Positions 9,139-18,825 of a DNA stretch of 64,000 nucleotides are shown here, in pieces; positions within the stretch are counted from its first letter, which is position 1; each line of letters starts with the position of its first letter. The notes under the pieces were generated by a model. That model did no database searches and was not told where the DNA came from. It was given only the letters and a program-made list of their open reading frames with translations. The stretch covers positions 1,248,001 through 1,312,000 of the forward strand of contig CAXXLZ010000001.1 of assembly GCA_963675595.2 (NCBI GenBank), given 5' to 3'. Origin of the DNA: Thermodesulfobacteriota bacterium. GTDB lineage: Bacteria; Desulfobacterota; Desulfarculia; JACQYL01. A program made the translations under genes and the position numbers.

Positions 9139-11043
9139 TTGACTCCTTTTCTGCAAGCCGATAGCGTTCCGGATGCCGATACGCGGCCGGCCGGCCCGAT
9201 GGGAAGCGGCGCGCTCTTTTCCGTTTGCATTCTGCTCTTGTCGGCCGCCGCGGTGCGCCTCCTTTTCTTCACCTCTCTCACCGGATCGGACGCAGCGCTC
9301 GCCCTCAGCGCTTTCGGAATGGAAGACGCCTCGCCTGTCACCCGAAGTCCGCTGCCGGCCTGGATTCTGCTCAAGGCCCTCGGTCACCTCTCCCCTTCCC
9401 CCCTTGCCGTTTGGCTTCCCTTTCTATGTCTCTCTCTTATGCAGATTTTCGGAGTCTTCCTCATCGCCTCGCGAATGTTTTCATCACGGTGGATCGGGTG
9501 GGTCTCAGGTCTGTACTGTGCCGCGTTTGCGCCCGATATCTTCTCCTCTACCCATGTGGCGGGAGAGCTCATCGCGGGGAGTCTGGTTACTCTGACCATG
9601 GCGTGCCTTGTGTTCGCCCGTGCGGTCCTTCCGGCAAAATCTCCCAGGCTCCTCTTGGCCTGCACATTGATGCTCGGGATATCATGCATGGCAAGTCCAT
9701 GGGGACTGCTGCTTCTTGCTTGCCCGGGATACGTCCTTTTCATGAAATTCCGCTCGGCAGGGGCGTCCAAGTTGGGATCGGCCGGCTTTGCCCTATCCTG
9801 GATCTGCCTGCCTGCGGCGTTGGCGTTCCTTCTCGCGCATTTGGGTGGAGTGACCCTCCTTCCGATTTCGATGAATTCTTCCAGCCCTTCCTCGTCTCTT
9901 CTTCCTCCTTGGATGTTCTTGTTCGCTCTTTGCATGGCTCTCCCTGCGGTCGCCCCGGGATTCAGACATGCGTGGCCGGTGGTCTGGCTTCTCCTTCCCG
10001 CAGCTCTGGGCACAGGATTGGAACTGCTGATGGGGACCCGATCGCCAGTACGAATGGACTTGTCGCAACTCGCGGCGCTCAGCGCTCCCGCCGCTCTGGT
10101 CGCCGGGATAGGCTCGTTCAGGATTAAAGAAACGGCACGGCGAGGAAAGACTCTGCTCGGAACGGGCATGGTGGTCGTTTTGGTGTTTGCCTGCGCAGCC
10201 GATTGGGGGACTTTGGGAAAGCGGCAGACGGACGACGGAGCGGGCACCCTCTTCGCGGCCGATATTGCCGCCTTTCTTTCGCGGCGTGCGGAACCATATC
10301 CGGTGTGGGTTGAGTCGGCCCTGCGAAGCTCCTTGGCGCTCCAGCTCGGATCCGATTTCGCGAGAGTGCGTTCCCCCATTCCTGAAACCCGGCTAAAAAA
10401 CATTGAGGGTTTCGTGGTTTATTCCGGAAGCACCGACGATCGAGAGCTGATGGTCCTGCCAGGGAACATCCGGGAGGCTCCCGGCACGCTCGTCGCGGCG
10501 TACAGGAGCGATCGTGCGTATGCTTCGGTGATGTTGGCAAAGGAAGGGCTTCGAAAAAGCACGCCCACCTTTGCCGAAACCAAGTCTTCTTCGGTGAGGT
10601 TGGCCGAGACGATCATCGGAGCGGGGCGGCCCGAGTACGTTTGCTATCTCCAGCCCGTACTGTTCCGTCGCTGCCGCCTTCGAAACTTCTTCGATTCCGG
10701 AACGGGCGGCGAAGGGCTGCGGCTGGGGGGGAACGATTTTTCGTATGGTCTGAAAATGCGTTCCAACACATCGGTCACCTACCGGATCGCCGGGAAGTAC
10801 AAGGGATTTGAAGCATGGGTCGGACTTGACGACGACGAGACGCGTACAACAAAAATCGTCTACTTCACCGTGCACGGCGACCGGACGTTGCTGGCCGGAA
10901 GTCCATGGTTGCGGGGCGGCGATCCCCCATGGAAATTATGGGCGGATCTGGCCGGCGTGCATGAGCTCAGGCTGACCGTGGTGAACCGCGGAGACGTGTT
11001 CCAGACATCCCACGCAAGTTGGGGCAACGCTTTGGTCTACTGA
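9139..11043 (+). CDS. Multi-TM GT-C-like membrane protein with C-terminal NPCBM/NEW2 domain
   Basis: About 11 hydrophobic segments, then YGLKMRSNTSVTYRI...FEAWVGLDD...VYFTVHGD...DLAGVHELRL...HASWGNA (NPCBM pattern). Start uncertain. Confidence 0.65.
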   Translation: MTPFLQADSVPDADTRPAGPMGSGALFSVCILLLSAAAVRLLFFTSLTGSDAALALSAFGMEDASPVTRSPLPAWILLKALGHLSPSPLAVWLPFLCLSLMQIFGVFLIASRMFSSRWIGWVSGLYCAAFAPDIFSSTHVAGELIAGSLVTLTMACLVFARAVLPAKSPRLLLACTLMLGISCMASPWGLLLLACPGYVLFMKFRSAGASKLGSAGFALSWICLPAALAFLLAHLGGVTLLPISMNSSSPSSSLLPPWMFLFALCMALPAVAPGFRHAWPVVWLLLPAALGTGLELLMGTRSPVRMDLSQLAALSAPAALVAGIGSFRIKETARRGKTLLGTGMVVVLVFACAADWGTLGKRQTDDGAGTLFAADIAAFLSRRAEPYPVWVESALRSSLALQLGSDFARVRSPIPETRLKNIEGFVVYSGSTDDRELMVLPGNIREAPGTLVAAYRSDRAYASVMLAKEGLRKSTPTFAETKSSSVRLAETIIGAGRPEYVCYLQPVLFRRCRLRNFFDSGTGGEGLRLGGNDFSYGLKMRSNTSVTYRIAGKYKGFEAWVGLDDDETRTTKIVYFTVHGDRTLLAGSPWLRGGDPPWKLWADLAGVHELRLTVVNRGDVFQTSHASWGNALVY

Positions 11044-12575
11044 CTCGGAGTCGCGCCTTGCGACCCGGAGCCGCCGGTCTCTCCCGCGGGGGAGATATTC
11101 GTGGGGGGAGAATCGAGAGGAAGAAACGGGAACGCTTTGTGATGGCCGAGTTGGTGCTCTATTCTGCCAAGGAGGGCCTCCGGATCGCCGATGATTCGTT
11201 TTTCTTGTCCACTGATCCGGACCGTATTCAACCGGTCTCCGCCCGGTAGCCGGAGACAGAATTCCGGATCGCCGAAAAGCGCTCTTCCATCCACCATAAG
11301 CAGCGCGATGTCTTGAGGCGACGTGTTCATCAGGTCCAGGTAAGGATCGCAGGTCTTTTTTTTCAGCAGCAGCACATCGGCCGGACAGTTCGGGTTGAGT
11401 CCTCCGATAACGCCCCCCATTCTCAGGACGGTGGCCGCATCAATCGTAACCATTCGGAAGATACGCTCCGGCTCGAGTTCAGGAAACGTTTTGGCGGCCA
11501 TTCGCATTTCTTCGAAAAGGCTGGTTCCCCCCGTCAATGCTCCATCCGTGGCCAAGGCCACCGTGACACCCAAGTCGAGTACCATGGGGATTCGGGGAGT
11601 TGAACCGTATAAGTGAAGATTGGAGGAAGGACACCATACCAATGACGCGCCGCGTTGGGCCGCAAGCTTCCAACCGTCGGTTGTGAATCCCAAAGCGTGC
11701 ACCAACACCGTATTACTCCGGAGGACTCCCGCCTGATCCAAGGCGTTCAGTTCCCGGGCCATGCGTGCGGTCTTTCCTTCGCCCACGTGAATGAAGTAGG
11801 GCTGGAGGCCTTTGGTTCTGTCAAAGTCCGAAGCGAGGAACTGCTTGTCGACGAAAACCGAATGGCTATGGCTGAACATATCGAGCATTCGAACCGGGTA
11901 GCCGTATAGATAAAGCTTCTTTCGATTCTCGATGAATACTTCAACGGTGCCCACGCCGCTCAACACTTGCTTGTAGAACGTAAGAGCCAATCGATCTTTA
12001 AGGTTGATCTCCGAGCTTTCCTTTTCCGAGGGATCGGCCTCCTTCCATCGCGCCTTCATCCATTGAATATAATCGCCGTACTCGCGCCGCGTTACGCGTG
12101 GATACCAGTTGTAGAAAGGGTGGTCATGGGCGTTGATGAGCGCCGGGTAAATGCGGTAGCCTGAACAGGGAATCACGGAAACCGAGGAGGATTGTTCGCC
12201 GGTGTCCGGAAGAGCGGTCCGGATGCGGGTTCCTGAGATGAACAGATCGGTCCTTCTCACTCCTTTTTCGGGGTAGACCAGTTCCGCGCCCTCAAAAACG
12301 ATTTTTCCCCGCTGCATCTCCTCTTTGCGGTAACCGTCATTGAAGTAATACATATGCCGAAACCGGCCTCGGCTTGCCGATTTCGCAGCACGGGAATCCG
12401 TTTCGGGCTTTTCCCATGACCGGGCGAAATCGTGCGGACCCGGAAACGGGAGGAGACAACATAGAAACAGGAAAAAAACGAGTCGCAACCTACGGTTGCG
12501 GCGAGGGTGCATCGCTGGAGGAAATGGTGGAATCCGCTTCGGCTTGAACAAGTTCAGCGCATGGAAAATCTTCAT
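11037..12575 (-). CDS. Metal-dependent amidohydrolase (TRZ/ATZ/deaminase-like)
   Basis: PALINAHDH, HVGEG, LVHA, WCPSSN, LATDG and ADVLL motifs. Confidence 0.85.
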   Translation of the reverse strand: MKIFHALNLFKPKRIPPFPPAMHPRRNRRLRLVFFLFLCCLLPFPGPHDFARSWEKPETDSRAAKSASRGRFRHMYYFNDGYRKEEMQRGKIVFEGAELVYPEKGVRRTDLFISGTRIRTALPDTGEQSSSVSVIPCSGYRIYPALINAHDHPFYNWYPRVTRREYGDYIQWMKARWKEADPSEKESSEINLKDRLALTFYKQVLSGVGTVEVFIENRKKLYLYGYPVRMLDMFSHSHSVFVDKQFLASDFDRTKGLQPYFIHVGEGKTARMARELNALDQAGVLRSNTVLVHALGFTTDGWKLAAQRGASLVWCPSSNLHLYGSTPRIPMVLDLGVTVALATDGALTGGTSLFEEMRMAAKTFPELEPERIFRMVTIDAATVLRMGGVIGGLNPNCPADVLLLKKKTCDPYLDLMNTSPQDIALLMVDGRALFGDPEFCLRLPGGDRLNTVRISGQEKRIIGDPEALLGRIEHQLGHHKAFPFLPLDSPPTNISPAGETGGSGSQGATPSQ

Positions 12576-12805
12576 GCCGTATCCCTTGACCGCTGTCGGG
12601 CGGCGTCGTTATCATTGCGCCGGTCAATGAAAAGGCTTGTCATGGCATGGGGGCCGGGCCCGCTCGACGCCCTGCGCCTTGCGTCTCGCCGTTTTTCACC
12701 GGCCTGCAGTAGATCCACTTTTTCAACGAGCCTTTTTCATCAGTCCCTGGGCGACTCCGCTTCAAAAGGTCCGCTCATTCATTTGCCCAACGGCCGTTCC
12801 GGAGA

Positions 12806-13555
12806 ATGTCCGGCCCAAAGAGAGTTGGTTGTATGCCTTTTCCGACCAAGGAGTTCGCTGCTTGGAAGAATTCCTTCCTGCAGCGCAAGTCCTTCTGCAC
12901 CATGGACCGTCGTCCGTTTTATGCCGTGGCCGGACGGTATCTGCCTCGCGACTCGGAGGCTACCGTAATCGATATCGGTTCCGGAACGGGCGGTTTTGCC
13001 GAATACCTCGATCTGAAGACTAGGTTTCGACACCTCCACTTGTTGGACGGCAATCCCGTAACCGTGGAACGGCTAAAATCCGGATTTCCCAACGTCCACC
13101 ATTATGAGGCCCCTGGCCGATTACCTTTCGAGACCTCGTCGGTGGATTACATTCACTGCAGCCACCTTATTGAACACCTTGACTCCGATCAATGTTACAG
13201 GTTTCTGCAGGAATCGGACCGCGTTCTGGGCGTCGGCGGCATATTGGCCGTCAGTGCGCCCATGCTCTGGCAGAAATTCTATGACGATTTGAGTCATGTA
13301 CGACCTTATAACCCGGAAATGTTACAGAACTATCTCGTAAGAGATCCGGGGCAACGGTCCGGAGCCCCCATTTCTGACCGTTACCGGATTCTAGAGCTTG
13401 TGTACCGCTACCGTGCGCACGGAGTGGACACGGGCTGGGGGTCCAGTCTCCTCCCTTTGGATTTTCTTATCAAGGCATTGGCTTATTGCCTCCACCTCAT
13501 ACGAATTCATCGGTGCGAGAAGAACGGTTACACTCTGGTTTTAAAGAAGTCGTGA
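12806..13555 (+). CDS. Class I SAM-dependent methyltransferase
   Basis: VIDIGSGTG, LPFETSSVD, SHLIEHL, RVLGVGG, DLSHVRPY. Confidence 0.88.
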   Translation: MSGPKRVGCMPFPTKEFAAWKNSFLQRKSFCTMDRRPFYAVAGRYLPRDSEATVIDIGSGTGGFAEYLDLKTRFRHLHLLDGNPVTVERLKSGFPNVHHYEAPGRLPFETSSVDYIHCSHLIEHLDSDQCYRFLQESDRVLGVGGILAVSAPMLWQKFYDDLSHVRPYNPEMLQNYLVRDPGQRSGAPISDRYRILELVYRYRAHGVDTGWGSSLLPLDFLIKALAYCLHLIRIHRCEKNGYTLVLKKS

Positions 13556-13646
13556 CTTTCCTTCCTGATCGGCAAGTCCACGCACGCTTCGGCTCCGCAA
13601 GCGACGGCCCCCGAGTTACCGGGAGCCGTTATCTTCATTGAATTCA

Positions 13647-14768
13647 TCATTCGCCGTCCGCAGGCCGTTTCGGTGCCGCTTCACCGCCGTGGGCCCTTCC
13701 CGAGAGCGGCTCTGAAAGCGGCCGTCTCCTCAAGAGCGCGGGAACGGCGCGTCGTTTCCCGGACATGACTTGTACCAGATACTCCGCGAAAAGCCCCCCG
13801 GAGAGACAAAAAGGGACCATGAGGATCAGAGGATAATGGGACCATTTGGTGGGCCAAACCAGGAGAAAGCCCGTGGCGAGGGCGAGCCAAACTGCATAGA
13901 TTCTCTCGCGCTTCCAGAGCAGACCTAAGCCGCAAAGCCCGCAAACAAAGATCAAAATGTCCAGATTCACCAAGCGCGGCGGCTCCAACACGAGGCGCTT
14001 CAAATCGAACAGATAAACCAACGGCTGATACCATGGGAAAAAGGTTCCGGCCACGTAATCGCTTTTTCCGTAGTCATAATGAAAGAGAAAAGAACCGGCG
14101 ACTTCCGGGGCGCTTCTGGCCCACCACACCGGATTCAGCAGAAGAAAGGCCGTCAGAAACACAACGGCGAAACGGAAGGAAGCACGCGCACGGTCTTCCG
14201 AATTCCGGAGGACGAACCATCCCAGTGCAACGATCGTCATGACAAAGGCGTACTTGGACGCCAAGGCGGCAGCGGCGGCCAAGGCCGAGGCGTAAAGCCA
14301 GGGAGAAAGGCGCCGCCCGCTCTTCTGGTAACACCAAACGGCCAAAAAGGAGAAGAGCATGGGAATCGAATCCAGGTACGCCAGTCCGTTGAACTTCACC
14401 GGGATGTTGTGAAGCGCCAGAGCAAGGCCGGCGAAAGGATTCATCCAGGCAAGGAGCGTAACGCAGGCCGTACCGAACGCAACGCTGAGCAACCGGATTA
14501 CGATTCGGCTTCTTTCCGGATCATCCGTCGAGCCGGTCAGAAGGACCGAGGCGGCGAAGAGGTATTTGGCCAACACGGGATGCATGTAGTTTTGGCGGGC
14601 GGTAAAAAGCCTTTCGTAGGCGCCCTCGTCAATCCAGCGGGCATAGTTGTCCGCGACCCGGATATAGACGTGTTCATCGAAAGTCCATGGGTTGTACAGC
14701 GCGGTCCGTAGTCTCAAGGAAAGTGCGGTGAGGGTGATCAGCAACACGATCAGAAACCGTTTGGACAT
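13647..14768 (-). CDS. GT-C (PMT/ArnT-like) membrane glycosyltransferase
   Basis: N-terminal TM followed by FDE.VY and HPVLAKYL; YLD and ASKY motifs; multiple TM helices. Confidence 0.75.
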   Translation of the reverse strand: MSKRFLIVLLITLTALSLRLRTALYNPWTFDEHVYIRVADNYARWIDEGAYERLFTARQNYMHPVLAKYLFAASVLLTGSTDDPERSRIVIRLLSVAFGTACVTLLAWMNPFAGLALALHNIPVKFNGLAYLDSIPMLFSFLAVWCYQKSGRRLSPWLYASALAAAAALASKYAFVMTIVALGWFVLRNSEDRARASFRFAVVFLTAFLLLNPVWWARSAPEVAGSFLFHYDYGKSDYVAGTFFPWYQPLVYLFDLKRLVLEPPRLVNLDILIFVCGLCGLGLLWKRERIYAVWLALATGFLLVWPTKWSHYPLILMVPFCLSGGLFAEYLVQVMSGKRRAVPALLRRRPLSEPLSGRAHGGEAAPKRPADGE

Positions 14769-14990
14769 GAGCCGGATTTCCTCCTACTGCATGTGAAACC
14801 AACTGGATGGGATTGGGGAATCCCGAACTCGGCGTCCGCCGCCCGCCCTACAAGAAACGGCACCGTCAAGCGTCCGGCCGGCAGGGTTGCGCTTCCCGAC
14901 ATCCTGAAATCGGCCGTTGAATTCAAAAAGACGATGGGGCATGTCGTCGTGATCGTTGCTTTCCCGATCCGAGCGTGCTATCTGCTCCGC

Positions 14991-16325
14991 ATGAAGCGCC
15001 TGCTGATGATCTCTTACTGCGGGCCCCCCAATGCCGCAGTGCCCGGCAAACGGATGGCGTGGTTCGCCCGTCATCTGCAAACCTACCAATGGAAACCGGT
15101 CCTGCTGTCGGCACATCCCCGGTATGGGGAAATCAGTGACCCATTTCTTGCGGAGCAGTTTCCTTCGGGCGCCGCCCTGCACCACACCCGCTCTTTCGAA
15201 CCTTTTCGAACCTGCCGACTCGACACGGTCTCCGGGCTTCCGGATTATTCCATGAACGGCATGAAGTGCTTGGGATCACTGGCTTTGCGTCGTTTACTCT
15301 CGAGTTGTTACCCCATCCGTGAACCCCAGTGGGGTTGGAACCGGTTCGCGCTTCGCAGAGCTCGACAACTGCATCGACGAACACCCTTTTCCGCGATGCT
15401 TGTTTCGGTCCCTCCCTTTTCTTCCTCACAAATCGGTCCCATACTCAAGAGAGAGCTGGGGCTCCCCTACGTCCTGGATTATCGCGATCCCTGGCATCAG
15501 ATGAGCAACGGAAAAATTACGGGGTTCGTGCAGGCGCCTTGGAAATCCATCAGGCTTCGCATGCATGTTCACCTGGAGAATGCCGCCATCAAAGAAGCCG
15601 ACGGTATTATAGCCGCTTCTCCGGCCATTGCCGAGCAGTTCCTCGAACGACTGCCCTCAGACTTTCATGACAGGATTACCACCATCACCAACTCCTTCGA
15701 TCCGGAGATCATAGACGGAATCCGTCCCAAAAAGGAGACTTGCCTTACCATCATCCATGGAGGGTCCCTCCATGGTCCGAGGATCGAATGCATGTTGCTT
15801 CTGCATGCGCTGGGAGAACTCATTGAGGAAGGAAAGACCTCTCCGGATCTGTTTCAGGTGCTTCTGTTCCCCGGTACCTTGCCCGATCTCCAAAAAGGCC
15901 GGGCACTTCGCGGCTTGTTCCGTCGATTTCCGAGACTGGAAGGAAGAGTCCGCATGATGCCCTACTTCGGATACGAGCGTTACCTCGAGTATCTGAAGGG
16001 CGCCGATTTACTCGTATTGGCGTCCGGCGTCATGATGCAAATGATCTTGGCGAAGTTCTTCGACTACCTGGGTGTGAACAAACCCGTTCTGGCCCTTGCG
16101 GCGCCCGGAAGCGCCATGGAGAGGATTATGGATGAAACCGGGGCGGGTTGGGTGATCTCCCCCGGCCGAACGGATCTTCTCAAATCCGCGCTTCTACGAT
16201 GTCTGAACGGTGAATCCCCGATACGGCCTTCGGAGTCGGACGCACGCTTAGCCTATACCGCCTCCGTGACCACGAAGAAACTTGCCGCGTTCCTCGACCG
16301 TGTCACCGTGGGAAACCGACGGTGA
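14991..16325 (+). CDS. Glycosyltransferase family 4 (GT-B)
   Basis: MKRLLMISYCGPP, SVPPFS, LDYRDPW, ITNSFD, KFFDYLGVNKPVL. Start placed at ATG 14991. Confidence 0.85.
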   Translation: MKRLLMISYCGPPNAAVPGKRMAWFARHLQTYQWKPVLLSAHPRYGEISDPFLAEQFPSGAALHHTRSFEPFRTCRLDTVSGLPDYSMNGMKCLGSLALRRLLSSCYPIREPQWGWNRFALRRARQLHRRTPFSAMLVSVPPFSSSQIGPILKRELGLPYVLDYRDPWHQMSNGKITGFVQAPWKSIRLRMHVHLENAAIKEADGIIAASPAIAEQFLERLPSDFHDRITTITNSFDPEIIDGIRPKKETCLTIIHGGSLHGPRIECMLLLHALGELIEEGKTSPDLFQVLLFPGTLPDLQKGRALRGLFRRFPRLEGRVRMMPYFGYERYLEYLKGADLLVLASGVMMQMILAKFFDYLGVNKPVLALAAPGSAMERIMDETGAGWVISPGRTDLLKSALLRCLNGESPIRPSESDARLAYTASVTTKKLAAFLDRVTVGNRR

Positions 16326-17824
16326 ACAAATTGGGATGGGAGAATCTTCTCCGGAAAAGCCGGGATCGGCTGTCGCAATGGATGCCTCGAGGTTCTCTTC
16401 GAGAATCGACCATCCTGGGAGGCTTTTGGAGGCTCTTTTCTCTGGCTCTTTCCGGAGTGCTGGGCATGGCCTCCGGCATCATTCTGGCTCGTTTGCTTTC
16501 TCCGGAAATCTTCGGGATGGTGGGCCTCCCACTGGCCTTTTTGTCCATATTGGACGGCGTGACCAACACGGGTGTATGGCAGGCTTTGATTCAACGGAAG
16601 AATGATCTCGAACCCTGCCTGGACTCCGCATGGACTCTCCAAGTTCTGAGGGGCTTGCTGCTGGCAAGCGTCACTTTCGTCTCCGCTCCCGTCGCGGCCG
16701 ATTTCTTCGGCAACCCGGACCTGACTCTTCTGTTCAGGGTCCTTGCCTTTACCTTTCTCATCAGAGGCGTTTCCAGCATCGCCATGGTCAATCTGACCAG
16801 AACCATGCAGTTTCGACGACTTACCTGGTTCGATCAGTTAAGCGGTATCGTCTCCTCTCTGGGGAAGATCGCTCTGGTCCTGGTGATGAGAAACGTCTGG
16901 GCTCTCGTGTGGTCCAGCTTGTTCAGCGCCTGCGTCCGAACCGGCGCCTCCTATGTGTTCGCACCAAGAAGACATCGTTTCGCATGGGAAGCGACGGTTG
17001 TTATGACGCTTCTGAAGTTCGGGAAATACATCTGGGGAGCGGGCGTGGCCTATTATCTGATTACCGGGGGGGACCGCTTGGTGATCGGGCGTATTGCGGG
17101 GCAGGAGGAACTAGGCCTGTATCTCTTCGCACTCACCTTGGCGTTCATTCCGGCAAAATACGCCACGAACATCATATCCCAGGTGACATTCCCCGCCTTT
17201 TCCATTATTCAAGGCAATCCGGAACGTTTGAGAGCGGCCTTCCAACGCGTATTCTTCTGGACCAACCTCGCCATCCTCCCTTTCGCAGGCTTTCTGTTCG
17301 TTCTCGGCCCGGACTTGATTCGTTGGGTGTATGGGGAGCAGTGGATGGGATCCCTTCCCTTGCTCAGAATTCTTCTTCCCGCAGGCATCGCTTCCGCCGT
17401 CTCCGCAGTGACATTTCCGGTGCTGAGGGCCGTAAACAGACCCGGTCTCGATTTCAGAATGAATCTGACGTATCTGGTGTTCGCCGCTGGTTTGATTGTG
17501 CCCGCCACCAAGACTTGGGGGGTCGTGGGCGCGGCCGTGGTCATGAGCCTCGGCGCCGTGCTGCGCGCCTTGGTCGGCTTTTTGTCTCTTCGGGGAGCCA
17601 TATCATTGCGTCTGTCTCATCCGTTGGGACTGTTCTGCCTGATCGGAGCAATAACCTTGGCTGCGGCGGGACTGACTGCGGCGTTGCGGTCCCTGCTGCA
17701 CACCGCGGCCTGGTGGACGTCGTGTCTGAGTTTGGCAGGAGGAGTGGCGGCGTATCTGACCGGCGCGGGGTGCCTGTTCTTTTTTAGAAGGCGGGGGCCG
17801 GCTCAAGCGAACGGCAATCCATGA
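16322..17824 (+). CDS. wzx: Polysaccharide flippase (Wzx/WzxC, PST family)
   Basis: ILARLLSPEIFG, ALIQR, DRLVIG...LGLY, VTFPAFS, YGEQW; about 12-14 TM helices. Confidence 0.88.
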   Translation: MNKLGWENLLRKSRDRLSQWMPRGSLRESTILGGFWRLFSLALSGVLGMASGIILARLLSPEIFGMVGLPLAFLSILDGVTNTGVWQALIQRKNDLEPCLDSAWTLQVLRGLLLASVTFVSAPVAADFFGNPDLTLLFRVLAFTFLIRGVSSIAMVNLTRTMQFRRLTWFDQLSGIVSSLGKIALVLVMRNVWALVWSSLFSACVRTGASYVFAPRRHRFAWEATVVMTLLKFGKYIWGAGVAYYLITGGDRLVIGRIAGQEELGLYLFALTLAFIPAKYATNIISQVTFPAFSIIQGNPERLRAAFQRVFFWTNLAILPFAGFLFVLGPDLIRWVYGEQWMGSLPLLRILLPAGIASAVSAVTFPVLRAVNRPGLDFRMNLTYLVFAAGLIVPATKTWGVVGAAVVMSLGAVLRALVGFLSLRGAISLRLSHPLGLFCLIGAITLAAAGLTAALRSLLHTAAWWTSCLSLAGGVAAYLTGAGCLFFFRRRGPAQANGNP

Positions 17825-18825
17825 GTGTTACCTTAGGCGTCATTACCCGAAACAGACCCCGGCATTTGGCGCAATGCCTCAGAAGCATCGCGACCCAAAC
17901 AAGGCTTCCCGATGCCCTGATCCTGGTCAACAACGGTTCGCGGCCGATTCCCCGGTCCGTTCTTGACGAATTACCTCGAAATCTGCCGCTGACGCTCATC
18001 TCCGAGACCACTCCGAGCATTCCCCTCAGCCGAAACCTCTGTCTTCGGGCTTGCGGTACGGACTTATTGGCCTTCACCGACGACGACTGCATCGCCCCCG
18101 CCCAGTGGCTGGACAAAGTTTGGCAATCCGTGGGGAACTTCCCGGAAGCGGCGGCGGTTGGGGGGCACGTGATGAACGGCGGGCATGGAATCCTTGGGGA
18201 AGCCAATCAGATTCTCTGGGAAAGTTGGCTCGCCGCATATCGTGTGGAACGCCGCGAAGGCGGAAGGGACATCCGTTTTCGACGTCCCCGGCTGATTCCG
18301 TCGCTGTTGAAACGGGAGGCGGAAGTTCGAAGCCTCTTCACCGCCAACGTGTGCTATCGCGTGGAACGTCTTGCGATGTTCGGCGGGTTTGACGAGTCAC
18401 TGCTTACGATGTCCGATGAAGAGTTGCATTGGCGTATGACTCAAGCCGGGGAGAGCCTCCGCTACATTCCGAACAACCCGGTGATCCACGTCCACAGAGG
18501 AACGTTTCGTGCCTTCATCGCGCAACATTTCCGCTACGGCATCGGTTTCCACCAGACCAGGACGCTGCATCCGGACATGCCGGGCAGGCTTCCGGGGACC
18601 TTGGGAAGAATGGTCCTCGCCTCCCCCGTCCTCGCCCTTGCGGGGCCGATGTTCCTGACGGCTTCTCGGCGTTTGGGACCTCGGACTCCGGCCTTGCTCG
18701 CCCTGATGTGGGCGGCGGACGCGGCTTTCAGGGCAGGTGTCGTTCACGCGGCACGGAAGAACGCGCGAAGATGTCGATCGCGCGTCCCGGTTTCTCCAAC
18801 TCTACCCGCAGACCTCGCGGAATAG
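17821..18825 (+). CDS. Glycosyltransferase family 2
   Basis: ITRNR, LVNNGS, SRNL, AFTDDDC, GGFDE. Confidence 0.9.
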   Translation: MSVTLGVITRNRPRHLAQCLRSIATQTRLPDALILVNNGSRPIPRSVLDELPRNLPLTLISETTPSIPLSRNLCLRACGTDLLAFTDDDCIAPAQWLDKVWQSVGNFPEAAAVGGHVMNGGHGILGEANQILWESWLAAYRVERREGGRDIRFRRPRLIPSLLKREAEVRSLFTANVCYRVERLAMFGGFDESLLTMSDEELHWRMTQAGESLRYIPNNPVIHVHRGTFRAFIAQHFRYGIGFHQTRTLHPDMPGRLPGTLGRMVLASPVLALAGPMFLTASRRLGPRTPALLALMWAADAAFRAGVVHAARKNARRCRSRVPVSPTLPADLAE